Source: a virus
DNA: 64,000 nucleotides
IMG/VR virus record: IMGVR_UViG_3300028895_000881
Span: 1 to 64,000 of that record
Strand: one strand, 5' to 3'
The stretch's first letter is position 1. Each line of letters begins with the position of its first letter. Shown one piece after another: positions 25,325-35,216 of the stretch. The translations under genes were made by a program, and so were the position numbers. A model generated the notes under the pieces. That model did not search any database, was not told where the DNA came from, and saw only the letters and a list, made by a program, of their open reading frames with translations.

Positions 25325-25893
25325 TTGTCTTTGGCCCGCTCAAGCAGTTTGAGCATGGCAACAGCGCCTTTCTTTTCAGGCCAGTTTTGTCGGGCTACAC
25401 CGTAGTCGATACGGTCGTAGACCTCCCACAAAGAGAGCAACGTCGTGGCGTTCAAATCTCGATCCGAGGTCAAGCTCTGGAGGAACTTGCCCACCCGCTC
25501 CTTCTCACGCTCGAAGCTCGCGGTCTGTATCTCCATCGCCTCGATCTCATTGGCGACGTTGACCGGCTTGTTCTCTTCGTCGGACCAGGGCAGCGGTGGA
25601 AGCCCAAGCTTTTCCTCGAGCCGCTCGATGGCCTCACGAAAATTGACCAGCTCCTTCTCCATCACGTAGGAGATCGGATCACGGGTCTTCTGACACACCC
25701 AGCAGTAGGTCGTGTTGTTGTGCCCGTACAGGCGGGCGGAAGGCTTGTTATCGACACCGTGCAAGTCGCAGGCAAACTGCTGCTCACGGTGACGGTCGGG
25801 TACGACAGCGTAGCCGTACTCCTGCAAGAGCTGCCCGAGATCACACTCCTGTTTGACGCGCTCAGCTCGAGCCCGCATCCGTTCGAAGCTCAT
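25306..25893 (-). CDS. Stand-alone CHC2 zinc-finger (DnaG primase N-terminal-like) protein
   Basis: FACDLHGVDNKPSARLY...YCWVC...DPISYVMEKELVNFREAIERL. Confidence 0.8.
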   Translation of the reverse strand: MSFERMRARAERVKQECDLGQLLQEYGYAVVPDRHREQQFACDLHGVDNKPSARLYGHNNTTYCWVCQKTRDPISYVMEKELVNFREAIERLEEKLGLPPLPWSDEENKPVNVANEIEAMEIQTASFEREKERVGKFLQSLTSDRDLNATTLLSLWEVYDRIDYGVARQNWPEKKGAVAMLKLLERAKDKCKEMS

Positions 25894-26579
25894 CGCTTGA
25901 ACGCCTCTCGTACACGAAGCAGGCGAAGGATATCACTGAGATCCGTAGCCGCGTACGTCGTAGTGCTTGGCCCTTCAACAGTGATGGGGCATGTCGCCCG
26001 GTCGATAAGCTCGTTTTTACCGTTGTTGGTCAGGACACCAAGGAAGCGACCATCACGGTCGAAGGCCCTCCAGTTTTCGCCGGAAGGAACGACGCGACGG
26101 ACGAGCCCGTAAGGTCCCGTGTTGCGATCCGCTTCCCACCCTTCGACTTCTTTCACCGCGTGGTCACAGAAGACGGCCCATGAATACCAAACGTGACCTC
26201 GAAGTCGTTCCGCATCACGGTCATGAGGCCAAAACCGTACACGCTCGAGATCCACGTTGAGATCCAGATGCAGATCGATCCGGTTCAACCATTCACGGAG
26301 GTACCTCGCTTGGTCCGGTGACAGACACAGAACCAGGAACTGCGCAGGTGCGTGGAGTGGATTGCGCTGGTCCTCGTGCATGTCGAGGTAGAGCTCGATC
26401 AGCATGTGAGCCGACGTACCAATACCCCGAGGAAACGCCGGTGTAGGCCCCCTCCCGAGTGCGGATCGCTCGTAGGCCAGCGGCTCACCCCATTGGAGCT
26501 TCTGGTAGGCGTCGGCGAGTTTCATCCCCCTCTTGTACTCCCTCGGAGGGCGGCGCCCAACAGTCAGAAAGGAAGCCAC
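25890..26579 (-). CDS. Hypothetical protein
   Basis: 229-aa ORF coupled to the next gene. Confidence 0.6.
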   Translation of the reverse strand: MASFLTVGRRPPREYKRGMKLADAYQKLQWGEPLAYERSALGRGPTPAFPRGIGTSAHMLIELYLDMHEDQRNPLHAPAQFLVLCLSPDQARYLREWLNRIDLHLDLNVDLERVRFWPHDRDAERLRGHVWYSWAVFCDHAVKEVEGWEADRNTGPYGLVRRVVPSGENWRAFDRDGRFLGVLTNNGKNELIDRATCPITVEGPSTTTYAATDLSDILRLLRVREAFKR

Positions 26580-26638
26580 ACAGGAGGGCGCGCTATAGGC
26601 GGGGCAGCGTCCATTGTATTTTCACGAACGCGATCCCT

Positions 26639-26896
26639 TCAGTACATGTGGTCGATGAAACCGTTTTTGAGCTTGATCCCGTTCTCGGTGCAGAAGTTCA
26701 CGAGCTTGTGGATGTCTTGGAATTCCAGCTTCTGACCGGCCGGGATGTTGTCCACGAATTGCATCGCGTCTTCTTCGTCGCTCCAAGAATCCCAGGTCTC
26801 TTTGGTCATGAGCGACGCGACGAGGTCACCACCCCCAAAAAGGGCGACGACGTACTGGAGGTCTTTGACCGGAACTTCGAGCTTCTTCTTGGCCAT
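26639..26896 (-). CDS. Small hypothetical protein
   Basis: MAKKKLEV..., AAGGAG SD. Confidence 0.6.
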   Translation of the reverse strand: MAKKKLEVPVKDLQYVVALFGGGDLVASLMTKETWDSWSDEEDAMQFVDNIPAGQKLEFQDIHKLVNFCTENGIKLKNGFIDHMY

Positions 26897-27354
26897 CACG
26901 TCTCCTTGTAGTCTGCTTCGATCTTCTCGAGCAGCTTGAATAGTCGCTTGTTGTTGCGGCTCACGGGGTAGATTTTCTCGCACGAGCCGTCCCCGCTCAG
27001 GTGCTCCCACTTCCCGGGCACTACCGTTCCATCCTCCAACTTCCGACCCCCTTCGACTTTACGATACTCGACGAGTGCACCACAACGGTCGCAAGTCGTA
27101 GGCTCGCTCTCTCGGAAAGGAACCGTGGAGTCTTCGATGGGGCCGAGGTCTTCCACCGGGCGCACCGTCCCGTGGGGAGGGCCGTTATCCCAGTGATGCT
27201 CCGTGAAGAGGAACAGGCGTCCAAACTTCTCGCGGATACCGATGAACCCGTTTTCTTTCTCAGGAACGAACAGCCCGAAAGCCAAGTTGCGAGACCGGAC
27301 ACGATAGATGTGCCCACGTTTGCAGTTCGCCAGAGCGATGTAGTCCTCGGTCAC
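26896..27354 (-). CDS. Hypothetical protein
   Basis: 152-aa overlap-coupled ORF. Confidence 0.6.
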   Translation of the reverse strand: MTEDYIALANCKRGHIYRVRSRNLAFGLFVPEKENGFIGIREKFGRLFLFTEHHWDNGPPHGTVRPVEDLGPIEDSTVPFRESEPTTCDRCGALVEYRKVEGGRKLEDGTVVPGKWEHLSGDGSCEKIYPVSRNNKRLFKLLEKIEADYKET

Positions 27355-27821
27355 GACCCCAGCACCTTGAGCCGCACCTTGGAGCGACGCTCTTCGTCGA
27401 GGCGATCCACGAGCGCTTGAGCCTTGGTCATGAACGCGCTTGAGCCTTGGAGAGTACGGCTCCCATCGGCGTGGCAGATGTAGAGGTCGAGGCCGCTCTG
27501 GCGCAGCTTCTTCATCACCTGCTTGGCCTTGGGGTTCCGGTAACCGCCCAGCTTCGTCTCGTTGACCACGATGATGTTCCCGAGCTCGGGGCTGTCCTCC
27601 GCGTGCACGAGGACGTTGCTGCGATCAGGACGGTGCCCATTGCTGCCGAACCCCTTGAGCCACAGGCACTCGAAGGCGCGACACGAGGACGGACGCTGAT
27701 TGTAGACGCTGCACCCCTCGGCGCCGAGCATCTCGCAGGTCGTCCCTCGAGGTTTGCCGAGCTCCTCAACCTTCATGATGGTGCAGCACACCTTGCACTT
27801 CCCACAGCTTCGTTCCGTCAT
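27351..27821 (-). CDS. CxxCxxCC (YkgJ-like) metal-chelating protein
   Basis: CGKCKVCC...C..L...GCSVYNQRPSSCRAFECLW. Confidence 0.8.
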   Translation of the reverse strand: MTERSCGKCKVCCTIMKVEELGKPRGTTCEMLGAEGCSVYNQRPSSCRAFECLWLKGFGSNGHRPDRSNVLVHAEDSPELGNIIVVNETKLGGYRNPKAKQVMKKLRQSGLDLYICHADGSRTLQGSSAFMTKAQALVDRLDEERRSKVRLKVLGS

Positions 27822-28159
27822 CAGTCGTTCCTCAAATCTAGCGACTCCATGTCACCCTTCACAGCCTCCCAGATCTCACGATCATCGGGAGACAGGTCAT
27901 CGGGTAGTGCCCGCTGGGATCGCGTGGGCTGCTTCGGAGGCTTGTCCATGATCATCCAGAGGATGGCGTAGAGGGGAAGCCCAACGCCCCACATGAGCGT
28001 CGTGAAGATGAAAGCGAGGCGCCACACGACCGTCGGGGTGCCGGTACGGATGGCGATACCCGAGCACACACCACCCAGCTTGCCGCTCTCGAGGTCTCGG
28101 TAGAGCTTGTCCGGGCGGTCGAGCTCTCCCCGCTCGTATTTGGTCGGCAGGTTGCTCAC
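27821..28159 (-). CDS. PspC-domain membrane protein
   Basis: KLYRD...KLGGVCSGIA...VWRLAF...LYAILWMIM, the PspC signature; probable GTG start at 28159. Confidence 0.85.
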   Translation of the reverse strand: MSNLPTKYERGELDRPDKLYRDLESGKLGGVCSGIAIRTGTPTVVWRLAFIFTTLMWGVGLPLYAILWMIMDKPPKQPTRSQRALPDDLSPDDREIWEAVKGDMESLDLRND

Positions 28160-28524
28160 AACACCACCACCGTCTCGAGCCATGCAAGCACGCGGCTGAA
28201 GTCTCCGTGCGTGCGGATCACACGACCGTCCTCCATCACCATGATGGCCGGGTTGTTGACGAGGTGGGGCTTCGTGTCTTTGTAGCCCTCGGTCCAGTAT
28301 TGGATACCGATTTCCAGGGCTTCGGTCTCGACACCACACTCGACCGTGATCTTGGTGAAGCGATCGTCCTGGACCTCTCGGACGATCTTCTTGTAGGGCC
28401 CCGGACCATCACACCGAGCGGAGAGGACCTCGTCACCTTCGGTCAGACACCACTCTCGTAGCTTGCGGTACTCCGCAAACCAACGAAGGTCCTCGGAGAT
28501 GTGCTTGTGGTTCGTGTTGCTCAT
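28156..28524 (-). CDS. Hypothetical protein
   Basis: 122-aa ORF. Confidence 0.6.
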   Translation of the reverse strand: MSNTNHKHISEDLRWFAEYRKLREWCLTEGDEVLSARCDGPGPYKKIVREVQDDRFTKITVECGVETEALEIGIQYWTEGYKDTKPHLVNNPAIMVMEDGRVIRTHGDFSRVLAWLETVVVL

Positions 28525-28705
28525 CTGACTATCCTCTACTCGAACAGCATTCCAAATTCGGGTTCAGGGAGCCCCAAACGCTTGGCCTCCGCGCGTTCCC
28601 GGCGCATGTAATCCTCGACCCACAGGTCTCAGTAGCGCTGCACCAGGAAGAGCACATGGCCCGTCCCCAGACTCCACAGGAGGCCGCAGAAAAAACCGGC
28701 CACGC

Positions 28706-30664
28706 TCACAGCAGCGCCTTCGCTTCCTCGAGGCTGATCACCTCGACACCCAGGTCTCGAGCCTTCTTGGCCTTCCCGCTGGTGCTCTTGGGGTCCTTGG
28801 CGACGAGGTAGGTCAGCCCCTTCCCGACACTGCCCTTGACGGCACCCCCAGCGTCCTCGATCTCGGCCGCGAACGCCTTGTCTCGGATGCCGGTGAAGCA
28901 GAACGAGAGACCCGCCAGCTTGCCTCCAGACACGGGAGCCTTGACCTTGACGCCGGCCGCCAAGAGATCGTCGATGACCTTCTTGCGGCGACGGAAACCG
29001 TCTACGAAGGCGACCGCCTTCGTCTCACCCACACCCGGGACTTGAGCGATGTCGCCCACGGAGGCGTCCTCCATCTTCTCGAGCGTGTCGATGCCTGCGT
29101 CTACGATGAACTTGCACATGGACTGTCCCCACAGGTCGATGCCCAGGGCTCCTACAAACTCATGTACGCGGAGCTCCATTTTCGCCCGAAGATTCTTCAT
29201 GACCTTCTTGGCGGTGCTCTTGCCGACCTTCTTGCCGGAGAGCGTGACGGCGGCGAGCTTGTCCTCGTCGAGCCCGTAGAGGTCGGACACGGACTTGACC
29301 ATGCCGTTCTCACACAGGGCCTCGATGAGAGTGTCGCCCCAGTCCTTGATGTCGAGCTTCTTGACCCAGCGCTTGATGGCGCCGCTCTGCTGTGCCGGGC
29401 AGCGAGCACTGTTGTCGCACAGCAGGTACTCGCCCTTCATCTTGAGGCGGTTGCCACAGGAGGGGCAATCGTGGGGCACGGCGAAGCGGGCGTTCTTGGA
29501 AGGCGTCAGGACCTTCTCGACGTAGGGGATCACGTCGTTGCGACGGGACACCAGGATCTTGTCGCTGAGGCCCATCAGCTTCTGCGGGCTGTCGGCCGCG
29601 AGCCGGTGGATGTTGCTGACGTTGTGCAGCGACGCCTGACTCACGGAGGCACCCGCGAGCTCCACGGTGTCGAAGTAGGCCACCGGCGTCACGCGGCCGG
29701 AGTTGCCCACCTGCCACACGATCTCGCGGAGGCGAGTCGGCTGCTTCTCGTGGGGGAACTTGAACGCACGAGCACCCTTGGGCCGACCGTCGTGCTCGCC
29801 CAGGTGCTCCATGACCGTGAGGTCGTCGTGCTCGACCACCAGACCGTCGATCTCGTAGTCGAGGCCGGCACGGGTGGTGTTGATGTAGTCCTGGTACATG
29901 GAAGCCACGCCCGAGGGCTTGACACGCTTCCAGTTGGGCACCGTGAAGCCCAGCGCCTTGAGCAGCTTGAACTCGACGCTCTTGGCCGTGATCGGATGCT
30001 GCCGGGAGAGCACCTGGTAGCAGACCACGGTGAGGTGCTTGCACGGATCGGCATCGGACTCGCGCTTGGCGATGCCGCTGGCTGCGTTGCGCGGGTTCTT
30101 GTACTCCGGAACGTGCTTCTGGTGGTCGGACTTCTTGAGGATGATCTCGCCACGGATGAAACCCGTCAGGTCACGGGCATCCTTGACGACGCCCTTCATC
30201 AGCAGGACGTTGCGGGTGATGTCCTCGCCCGTCTCACCGTCGCCGCGAGTGACCGCCTGGACCAGCTTGCCCTTCTCGTACTTGAGACTGATGCTGATAC
30301 CGTCGAGCTTCTCGCTGACGACGAGATCGCGCTTGGCCTCCTCGAGATCACCGGCACGCTCGCCCTTGGCGATCTTGTCTTCGGTGTCCTTGGCCCACTT
30401 GTCGAACTCTTCCTGGTTCTGGACCTTGAGGAGGGAGCCCATCGGAGCGCCGTGCTTGACCTTCTTCCACTTGGTCGTCTTGGTCTTGGCACCGACCTGC
30501 TTGAAGAAAGCGTTCTTGGGGTCCAGCTCCCGGAGCTCATCCTCGAGCGCGTCGTACTCGGCGTCCGACATCACCGGGGCGTCGTTGTAGTAGGCGTCTC
30601 GGGCCTGCTGGAGCTGCTCTACAAGGTCTTGAATCTCACGGTCGCTCATGGCTATCAGATGCAC
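28706..30664 (-). CDS. ligA: NAD-dependent DNA ligase
   Basis: YY..PVMSDAEYD, EKLDG, TRGDGETGEDIT, NPRNAA, Zn finger, HhH, C-terminal BRCT. Confidence 0.96.
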   Translation of the reverse strand: MHLIAMSDREIQDLVEQLQQARDAYYNDAPVMSDAEYDALEDELRELDPKNAFFKQVGAKTKTTKWKKVKHGAPMGSLLKVQNQEEFDKWAKDTEDKIAKGERAGDLEEAKRDLVVSEKLDGISISLKYEKGKLVQAVTRGDGETGEDITRNVLLMKGVVKDARDLTGFIRGEIILKKSDHQKHVPEYKNPRNAASGIAKRESDADPCKHLTVVCYQVLSRQHPITAKSVEFKLLKALGFTVPNWKRVKPSGVASMYQDYINTTRAGLDYEIDGLVVEHDDLTVMEHLGEHDGRPKGARAFKFPHEKQPTRLREIVWQVGNSGRVTPVAYFDTVELAGASVSQASLHNVSNIHRLAADSPQKLMGLSDKILVSRRNDVIPYVEKVLTPSKNARFAVPHDCPSCGNRLKMKGEYLLCDNSARCPAQQSGAIKRWVKKLDIKDWGDTLIEALCENGMVKSVSDLYGLDEDKLAAVTLSGKKVGKSTAKKVMKNLRAKMELRVHEFVGALGIDLWGQSMCKFIVDAGIDTLEKMEDASVGDIAQVPGVGETKAVAFVDGFRRRKKVIDDLLAAGVKVKAPVSGGKLAGLSFCFTGIRDKAFAAEIEDAGGAVKGSVGKGLTYLVAKDPKSTSGKAKKARDLGVEVISLEEAKALL

Positions 30665-30757
30665 GGACTCCCCGACCGTTTTACACAGCCAGGGGCAGAA
30701 ATCGCCGAAAAGGCGGTTGGTCGCTGTTCTGGCCTCCGCGCTTTTTGCGCGGAAACG

Positions 30758-31045
30758 TCACTCTTCCACAGGATCGGACAAGTTGGGTGTCGTCAGGTAA
30801 GACCCGTTACCGATGGTCCACGATACCTTGGTGAGCCATTCCTGGTCCTCGCAGGCGTTGAACAGGTCCTCCGACCGCAGGTAGTCGAAGACCTGGAGCC
30901 GCTCGGTACGAGCGGCCTGTTGCCACAGGCTGAAGAGCATCTCGACAACGGGCTGTTCTTTCTCGAGAGCCCGGTCGGTTCGCTCGGCACCAAAGACCTT
31001 GTCCAGCGCCTCGACGAATTTGTACGGGTAGTCAGACTCCGACAT
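30758..31045 (-). CDS. Hypothetical protein
   Basis: 95-aa ORF. Confidence 0.55.
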   Translation of the reverse strand: MSESDYPYKFVEALDKVFGAERTDRALEKEQPVVEMLFSLWQQAARTERLQVFDYLRSEDLFNACEDQEWLTKVSWTIGNGSYLTTPNLSDPVEE

Positions 31046-31622
31046 GTTCTGGTGGACTCTCCTTCACTGACGACTTCTCCGCGTCGTCCATGACCCACCA
31101 GTGCGTGTCCTGCTTGTCGAGGTTGTAGGGCGTGTGATTCTCATCATCGTCGTAGCTTCCATACCAGGGGCAGTTGCCGTTCACGGAGGTCTGGTTCCAC
31201 CCCACGGCGCGCCAACCCTTCTCCTCGCGCTCCCCGTCGAGCTTGCGAAGGTAGTTGGCCTGCCGGTCGAGGTGGAAGACACGACCTTCGAGCGCAGGCT
31301 TGTACTCGGCGAAGAAAGTTTCCATCGCCTCGGCCACCTTGGCGAAGTTCTCGGCCTTCACCATCGCGCCATCACAGGTCGTCAAGAGCACGATGCGCTC
31401 CCAGGAGTTGAGGCGATCGGTCTTGAGCAGATCGAAGAGCTTCTTGTAGCCCTCCATCATGCCGCCAGTGCCGTCACCGTACTCGGGGACGTACTTGGCC
31501 GAGAGCGCCATCCACACGGCCATGCCACCGCCCCAAGAGTTAGAGATCTGGAAGACTTGATGGATGTCGCCATCGGCGCCCACGGGGAAGAGTTCAGTGT
31601 AGCTCACACCTTTTCTACCCAT
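31032..31622 (-). CDS. Hypothetical protein
   Basis: About 190-aa ORF. Confidence 0.65.
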   Translation of the reverse strand: MGRKGVSYTELFPVGADGDIHQVFQISNSWGGGMAVWMALSAKYVPEYGDGTGGMMEGYKKLFDLLKTDRLNSWERIVLLTTCDGAMVKAENFAKVAEAMETFFAEYKPALEGRVFHLDRQANYLRKLDGEREEKGWRAVGWNQTSVNGNCPWYGSYDDDENHTPYNLDKQDTHWWVMDDAEKSSVKESPPEHVGV

Positions 31623-31667
31623 ATTTTTACGAAACGTAGAACAGGCCGTAGGAGGTGCCAGAGGAGC

Positions 31668-32195
31668 CTATTCGGACTGATCCCCGCCAAATTGCCGAAA
31701 GAACCGAGAGGCGCCCCCGGTGTCCCCGTAGGTGACCACAGGTGTGCCCTCTGGGCGGCTCTCGGCCCCGTAGGCCGACGCCCGGTTGCCCCCTTGGTCC
31801 TTCGAGCTCGAACGCTTCACGGCCCCTGTGCCGCTCGTGAGCTCGCCGCTCTGGCGGTCCAGGGACGCCACTGGACACTCAGGCTCGCACTCCCAGTCGG
31901 GGATGGTCCCCATGCCATCCTCATCGGCGTAGGTCATGTTGGGCATCGTCTTCTTCTCGGTCTCCGAGAAGATAGTCCGGCCGCCGCTGTTCTCTCGGTG
32001 CGCCGTCCCAGTGGGGACCTTCCGTTCGCCAACGATCTTGCACCCATCACGGTGCGTCAACATCACGTTCGGAGGCCATCTCTTCTTGTCCCCGATGCGG
32101 GCGGCATCAATGTTGAGCGCACCCGCTTCGTACTCCACGACGTTCCTCGTGGTGCTCCCCTTGAAGGGCTTTCGAGCGATGGTGATAACGCGCAT
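31668..32195 (-). CDS. DNA methyltransferase middle-segment-only protein
   Basis: ARKP...GALNID..RI...RWPPNV...DTGGASRFF; no catalytic or SAM-binding motif. Confidence 0.7.
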   Translation of the reverse strand: MRVITIARKPFKGSTTRNVVEYEAGALNIDAARIGDKKRWPPNVMLTHRDGCKIVGERKVPTGTAHRENSGGRTIFSETEKKTMPNMTYADEDGMGTIPDWECEPECPVASLDRQSGELTSGTGAVKRSSSKDQGGNRASAYGAESRPEGTPVVTYGDTGGASRFFRQFGGDQSE

Positions 32196-33382
32196 CAGAG
32201 CTCGAACAAGTCCTCGACCCCGATGGGGCCTTCGTCCTCTTCTTCAGCCTTCACGTCGGAGACAATCTCGACCCCATCCCAAGCACACACAGCGCGGTCC
32301 CAATGCCGCACTCGCTGGTCCGCGATAGTCAAGTAGCTCTCGCTCTGCTCGATGCCGATGAAATCGTGCTTCGTGTGCAGGGCCGCGATACCCGTCGTCC
32401 CAGAGCCCAGGAAAGGATCGACCACCGGACCTTGATCCGTTGGGAGGTTTTGCAGGAGTGCTTGCATCACCCCAACAGGCTTGACCGTCTCGTGGCTGTT
32501 CTGCACGAACCGACCCGTGGCTTCATCCTCATGCTGTTCGACTCCCGCGTGCCGTTCCTTACCCGAGGGCTTGGCGACGTAGTAGAAGTCATCCGGCTGA
32601 TCGAGCAGCGCCACCGCGTCTCGGATCTCGTACCCGAAGTCCTCGACGGAGCACGCACCCGCGTAACCCGTGGGCTCATCTTCAGGAGAGATGAGAAGGA
32701 GGTGCGCTCCCGGACGAAGCACTCGGTCGAGCTCTTTCATGTAGGGTCCAGGGTCGCCCACCGTCACCACCCCGTGCACGGTGCTGTCGTCGTACTCAGA
32801 GAAGCCCACGTCCTCGAGACTGTCTCCGACGATGAGCACGGGTTCGCAGCCGGGCGGCGGAGCGATGAGCGTATACAGGTAGTCCCAGAGCTCCTCGGGG
32901 AGATCGTTCATGGTGTTCCTCTGCGCTTGTTTGAAATACCGACCCTCGAGGGGGCCCAAGACCGTGTGCGGGCACCCTTCGGCGCACTCCCACATGAGGA
33001 GCTCCTCATCCGGGAACACTTCGGTCTCGAACTCATGACCAGCCCCCCCACCGAAAGGTTTGGCCCCATCGACGAAACGGTTGATACTATAGCCCCCGAT
33101 TGTTCGCGTTCCTCGAAGTTGACACCCAGGTCGGTGCATAAGGATCGCGTTCGCGGGCCAACGACCCCGTCGGTCACCGCCGCGAGGCCCGGGGGTTGCA
33201 GCGAAGTTGGTACTCCCACGCTCGGTGTACCGACGCGCCTGGCTCTCTTCCCCTTGACGTGATCCACCTTTGCCAGGGCGCAGCCTTGAGCCATCGATGT
33301 TCAACGCCCCAGCCTCGTACTCGACGACATTGTGCGTCGTCCCGCCTCGACACGGCTTGCGACTGACGGTGACGACCCTCAT
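32195..33382 (-). CDS. DNA methyltransferase C-terminal part (SAM-binding)
   Basis: SRKP..GALNIDG..GRWPAN, FYYVAKPS..ER, NSHETVKP, VVDPFLGSGTTG. Confidence 0.82.
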   Translation of the reverse strand: MRVVTVSRKPCRGGTTHNVVEYEAGALNIDGSRLRPGKGGSRQGEESQARRYTERGSTNFAATPGPRGGDRRGRWPANAILMHRPGCQLRGTRTIGGYSINRFVDGAKPFGGGAGHEFETEVFPDEELLMWECAEGCPHTVLGPLEGRYFKQAQRNTMNDLPEELWDYLYTLIAPPPGCEPVLIVGDSLEDVGFSEYDDSTVHGVVTVGDPGPYMKELDRVLRPGAHLLLISPEDEPTGYAGACSVEDFGYEIRDAVALLDQPDDFYYVAKPSGKERHAGVEQHEDEATGRFVQNSHETVKPVGVMQALLQNLPTDQGPVVDPFLGSGTTGIAALHTKHDFIGIEQSESYLTIADQRVRHWDRAVCAWDGVEIVSDVKAEEEDEGPIGVEDLFEL

Positions 33383-33603
33383 AGCCCCTTGATGCCCTCA
33401 AGGAACTCAGCCCGGTTGTAGCGGTTCCACAGGTCTTTCAAAACTTTGCCGCGCCAAACGATGATCTCGGAGTTTTGGACGATGCCGCCTGGAATGGGAG
33501 GCCACCCGTCAGCCGGCTGCACGTGAAGCGGAATGCCAGGGTCAGTCACTCGCCACGATCCACGAGCGCAGTAGTAGACGCGGTTGTCGTCCTCCATCAT
33601 GAT
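33379..33603 (-). CDS. Small hypothetical protein between the methylase halves
   Basis: MMEDDNRVYY..., coupled to neighbours. Confidence 0.5.
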   Translation of the reverse strand: MMMEDDNRVYYCARGSWRVTDPGIPLHVQPADGWPPIPGGIVQNSEIIVWRGKVLKDLWNRYNRAEFLEGIKGL

Positions 33604-35216
33604 GGCTTCCTCCCAACAACGACGGGCTCCCACGCGGGCTTGAGCGCAGTGCCGTACCCGTCCCAGAGTTTGGCTAGTTCCGTCGCCGGCACCGTGATCG
33701 GCACGTCCACCGCGACCTGCTTGGCCCCTGTGCCGTAGGCACCCACGCCCTTGCCACCTTCGTCGGTCGTCTTGCGGACATGCTTCTTGCCGCGCACGAG
33801 ATCGTTGAGGTTGTCTCCTCCAACCCCACGCTTGTGGCCGATGACTTCTCGTGTGGCACCGGCTTGCTTGTCGATACGCTTCGAGATGTTCGTGGATTTT
33901 GGGAAGCCGCTGTTGCCGGTGATGAAAATACGACCATTACGCCGAGCGACGAAAGCACCCGTCGGAACGCGCACACACCACACATTTCCTACGTATCGTT
34001 GCCGATCGTGTTTAGTAAGGTGACGCCGCTGAAGCTGTGTCTGTGGGTTCTCATGGAGACTCACACAGTTCTTCTTGTCATTGATACGTGCCTGCCAGCC
34101 CATCATGTGGACGAGGGTTTGATACCACTCCCGGTCTGCTGGATCTTTTTGATAGAACTGCTTGTTGACTTCGGACCCATCCCCGCACAGGGCCGTCCAC
34201 ATGAACACGTCTTTCTCCTCCAGGGTCATGCGCCAGAGCAGGTCATAGGTGGGGTGTTTATTGGGAAGGTCCTTGCGCACACGATCGGCCACGTCACCCG
34301 TAAAGAACCACGTGTGCTCGACGTAAGGGCGCCCGCGATAGCTGCGCTCCCGGGTGTAATGCTTGTGTCCGGGCACGAGCCGTTTCAGGAGAGTATCGAT
34401 CATGTCCACGTGTTCGTGACCTTCACCTCCGACGCGAGTGCTCTGGTAGATACGAACCCCGTTTCCAATTTGGTCGAACCCACCTTCGGTCCAGATCCAC
34501 GCGAGAAGTTCGGCGTAGTGCGGGGTCTCATCAAGACCCGGACCTTCGTGGTACCCCGATAAAGGAAGATTAATGGGGTTCCATCTGTTGATCTCTGCGG
34601 CTTCTACCACCGACCAGCTAGGCTCAAAAAAAGCCACACGGATACCATCCTGCACCTGCCGGATACGGCTTCGTTTGTAGACCCGGTGGTTCGGCGTGAG
34701 CATCTGGTCCGTGTTGTCGTTCACGAAACACACCATTTCACCGTCAAAGGGCGCGAGCGTTTTCTCTTCCACGGGCATCAGTGTGAGGACCTCCGTGTTG
34801 GGGTCCCAGCACATAACACGTTCACCCTGTTGCACCTGAGTTCCGAGTTTCCACCCCATCTCAGTCAAGATTTCAGAAGACTCATCAAGGCACCCGTAGA
34901 CCCATGCCTCGAGTCGCACATCCTCAAACTGAGCTTGCTTCACGGCTCGCACCATCTTGTGGAACGTGCGGGTCCCTCCAAAAGCTTTGATGATGCCGTC
35001 GGGTCGGAGCTTGGACTTGACCAGGTCCCAGAACTTCACATCGAAAGCAATTCCGGTCGCATCCCACTCCTTCCCCATGAACCCCTTGCCCGAGGACTGC
35101 GTGAGGTCGTAAGGAGGATCGCAAACAAAGGCGGCCACCGACCCGTCCTCGAGCTCTTCAAGCCGCTCGCGACAGTCTCCCAGCATCAGCCATACGTAGC
35201 GTTTCATGTCAGTCAT
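33597..35216 (-). CDS. DNA methyltransferase N-terminal (catalytic DPPY) part, intein-containing
   Basis: GDC, VCDPPY, FMGKEWD, WVYG|intein|SGFPKS, ends GYGTALKPAWEPVVVGRKPS. Confidence 0.85.
   Translation of the reverse strand: MTDMKRYVWLMLGDCRERLEELEDGSVAAFVCDPPYDLTQSSGKGFMGKEWDATGIAFDVKFWDLVKSKLRPDGIIKAFGGTRTFHKMVRAVKQAQFEDVRLEAWVYGCLDESSEILTEMGWKLGTQVQQGERVMCWDPNTEVLTLMPVEEKTLAPFDGEMVCFVNDNTDQMLTPNHRVYKRSRIRQVQDGIRVAFFEPSWSVVEAAEINRWNPINLPLSGYHEGPGLDETPHYAELLAWIWTEGGFDQIGNGVRIYQSTRVGGEGHEHVDMIDTLLKRLVPGHKHYTRERSYRGRPYVEHTWFFTGDVADRVRKDLPNKHPTYDLLWRMTLEEKDVFMWTALCGDGSEVNKQFYQKDPADREWYQTLVHMMGWQARINDKKNCVSLHENPQTQLQRRHLTKHDRQRYVGNVWCVRVPTGAFVARRNGRIFITGNSGFPKSTNISKRIDKQAGATREVIGHKRGVGGDNLNDLVRGKKHVRKTTDEGGKGVGAYGTGAKQVAVDVPITVPATELAKLWDGYGTALKPAWEPVVVGRKPS
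33912..34892 (-). mobile_element. Intein in DNA methyltransferase
   Basis: Begins CLDESSEILT, block B TPNH, ends VWCVRVPTGAFVARRNGRIFITGN followed by S; degenerate LAGLIDADG-like LLAWIWTEGG. Confidence 0.88.

Noticed and set aside
28530-28703. Two ~24-codon minus-strand ORFs after ligA
   Set aside because: Too short and without motifs; could be real micro-proteins or a decayed gene
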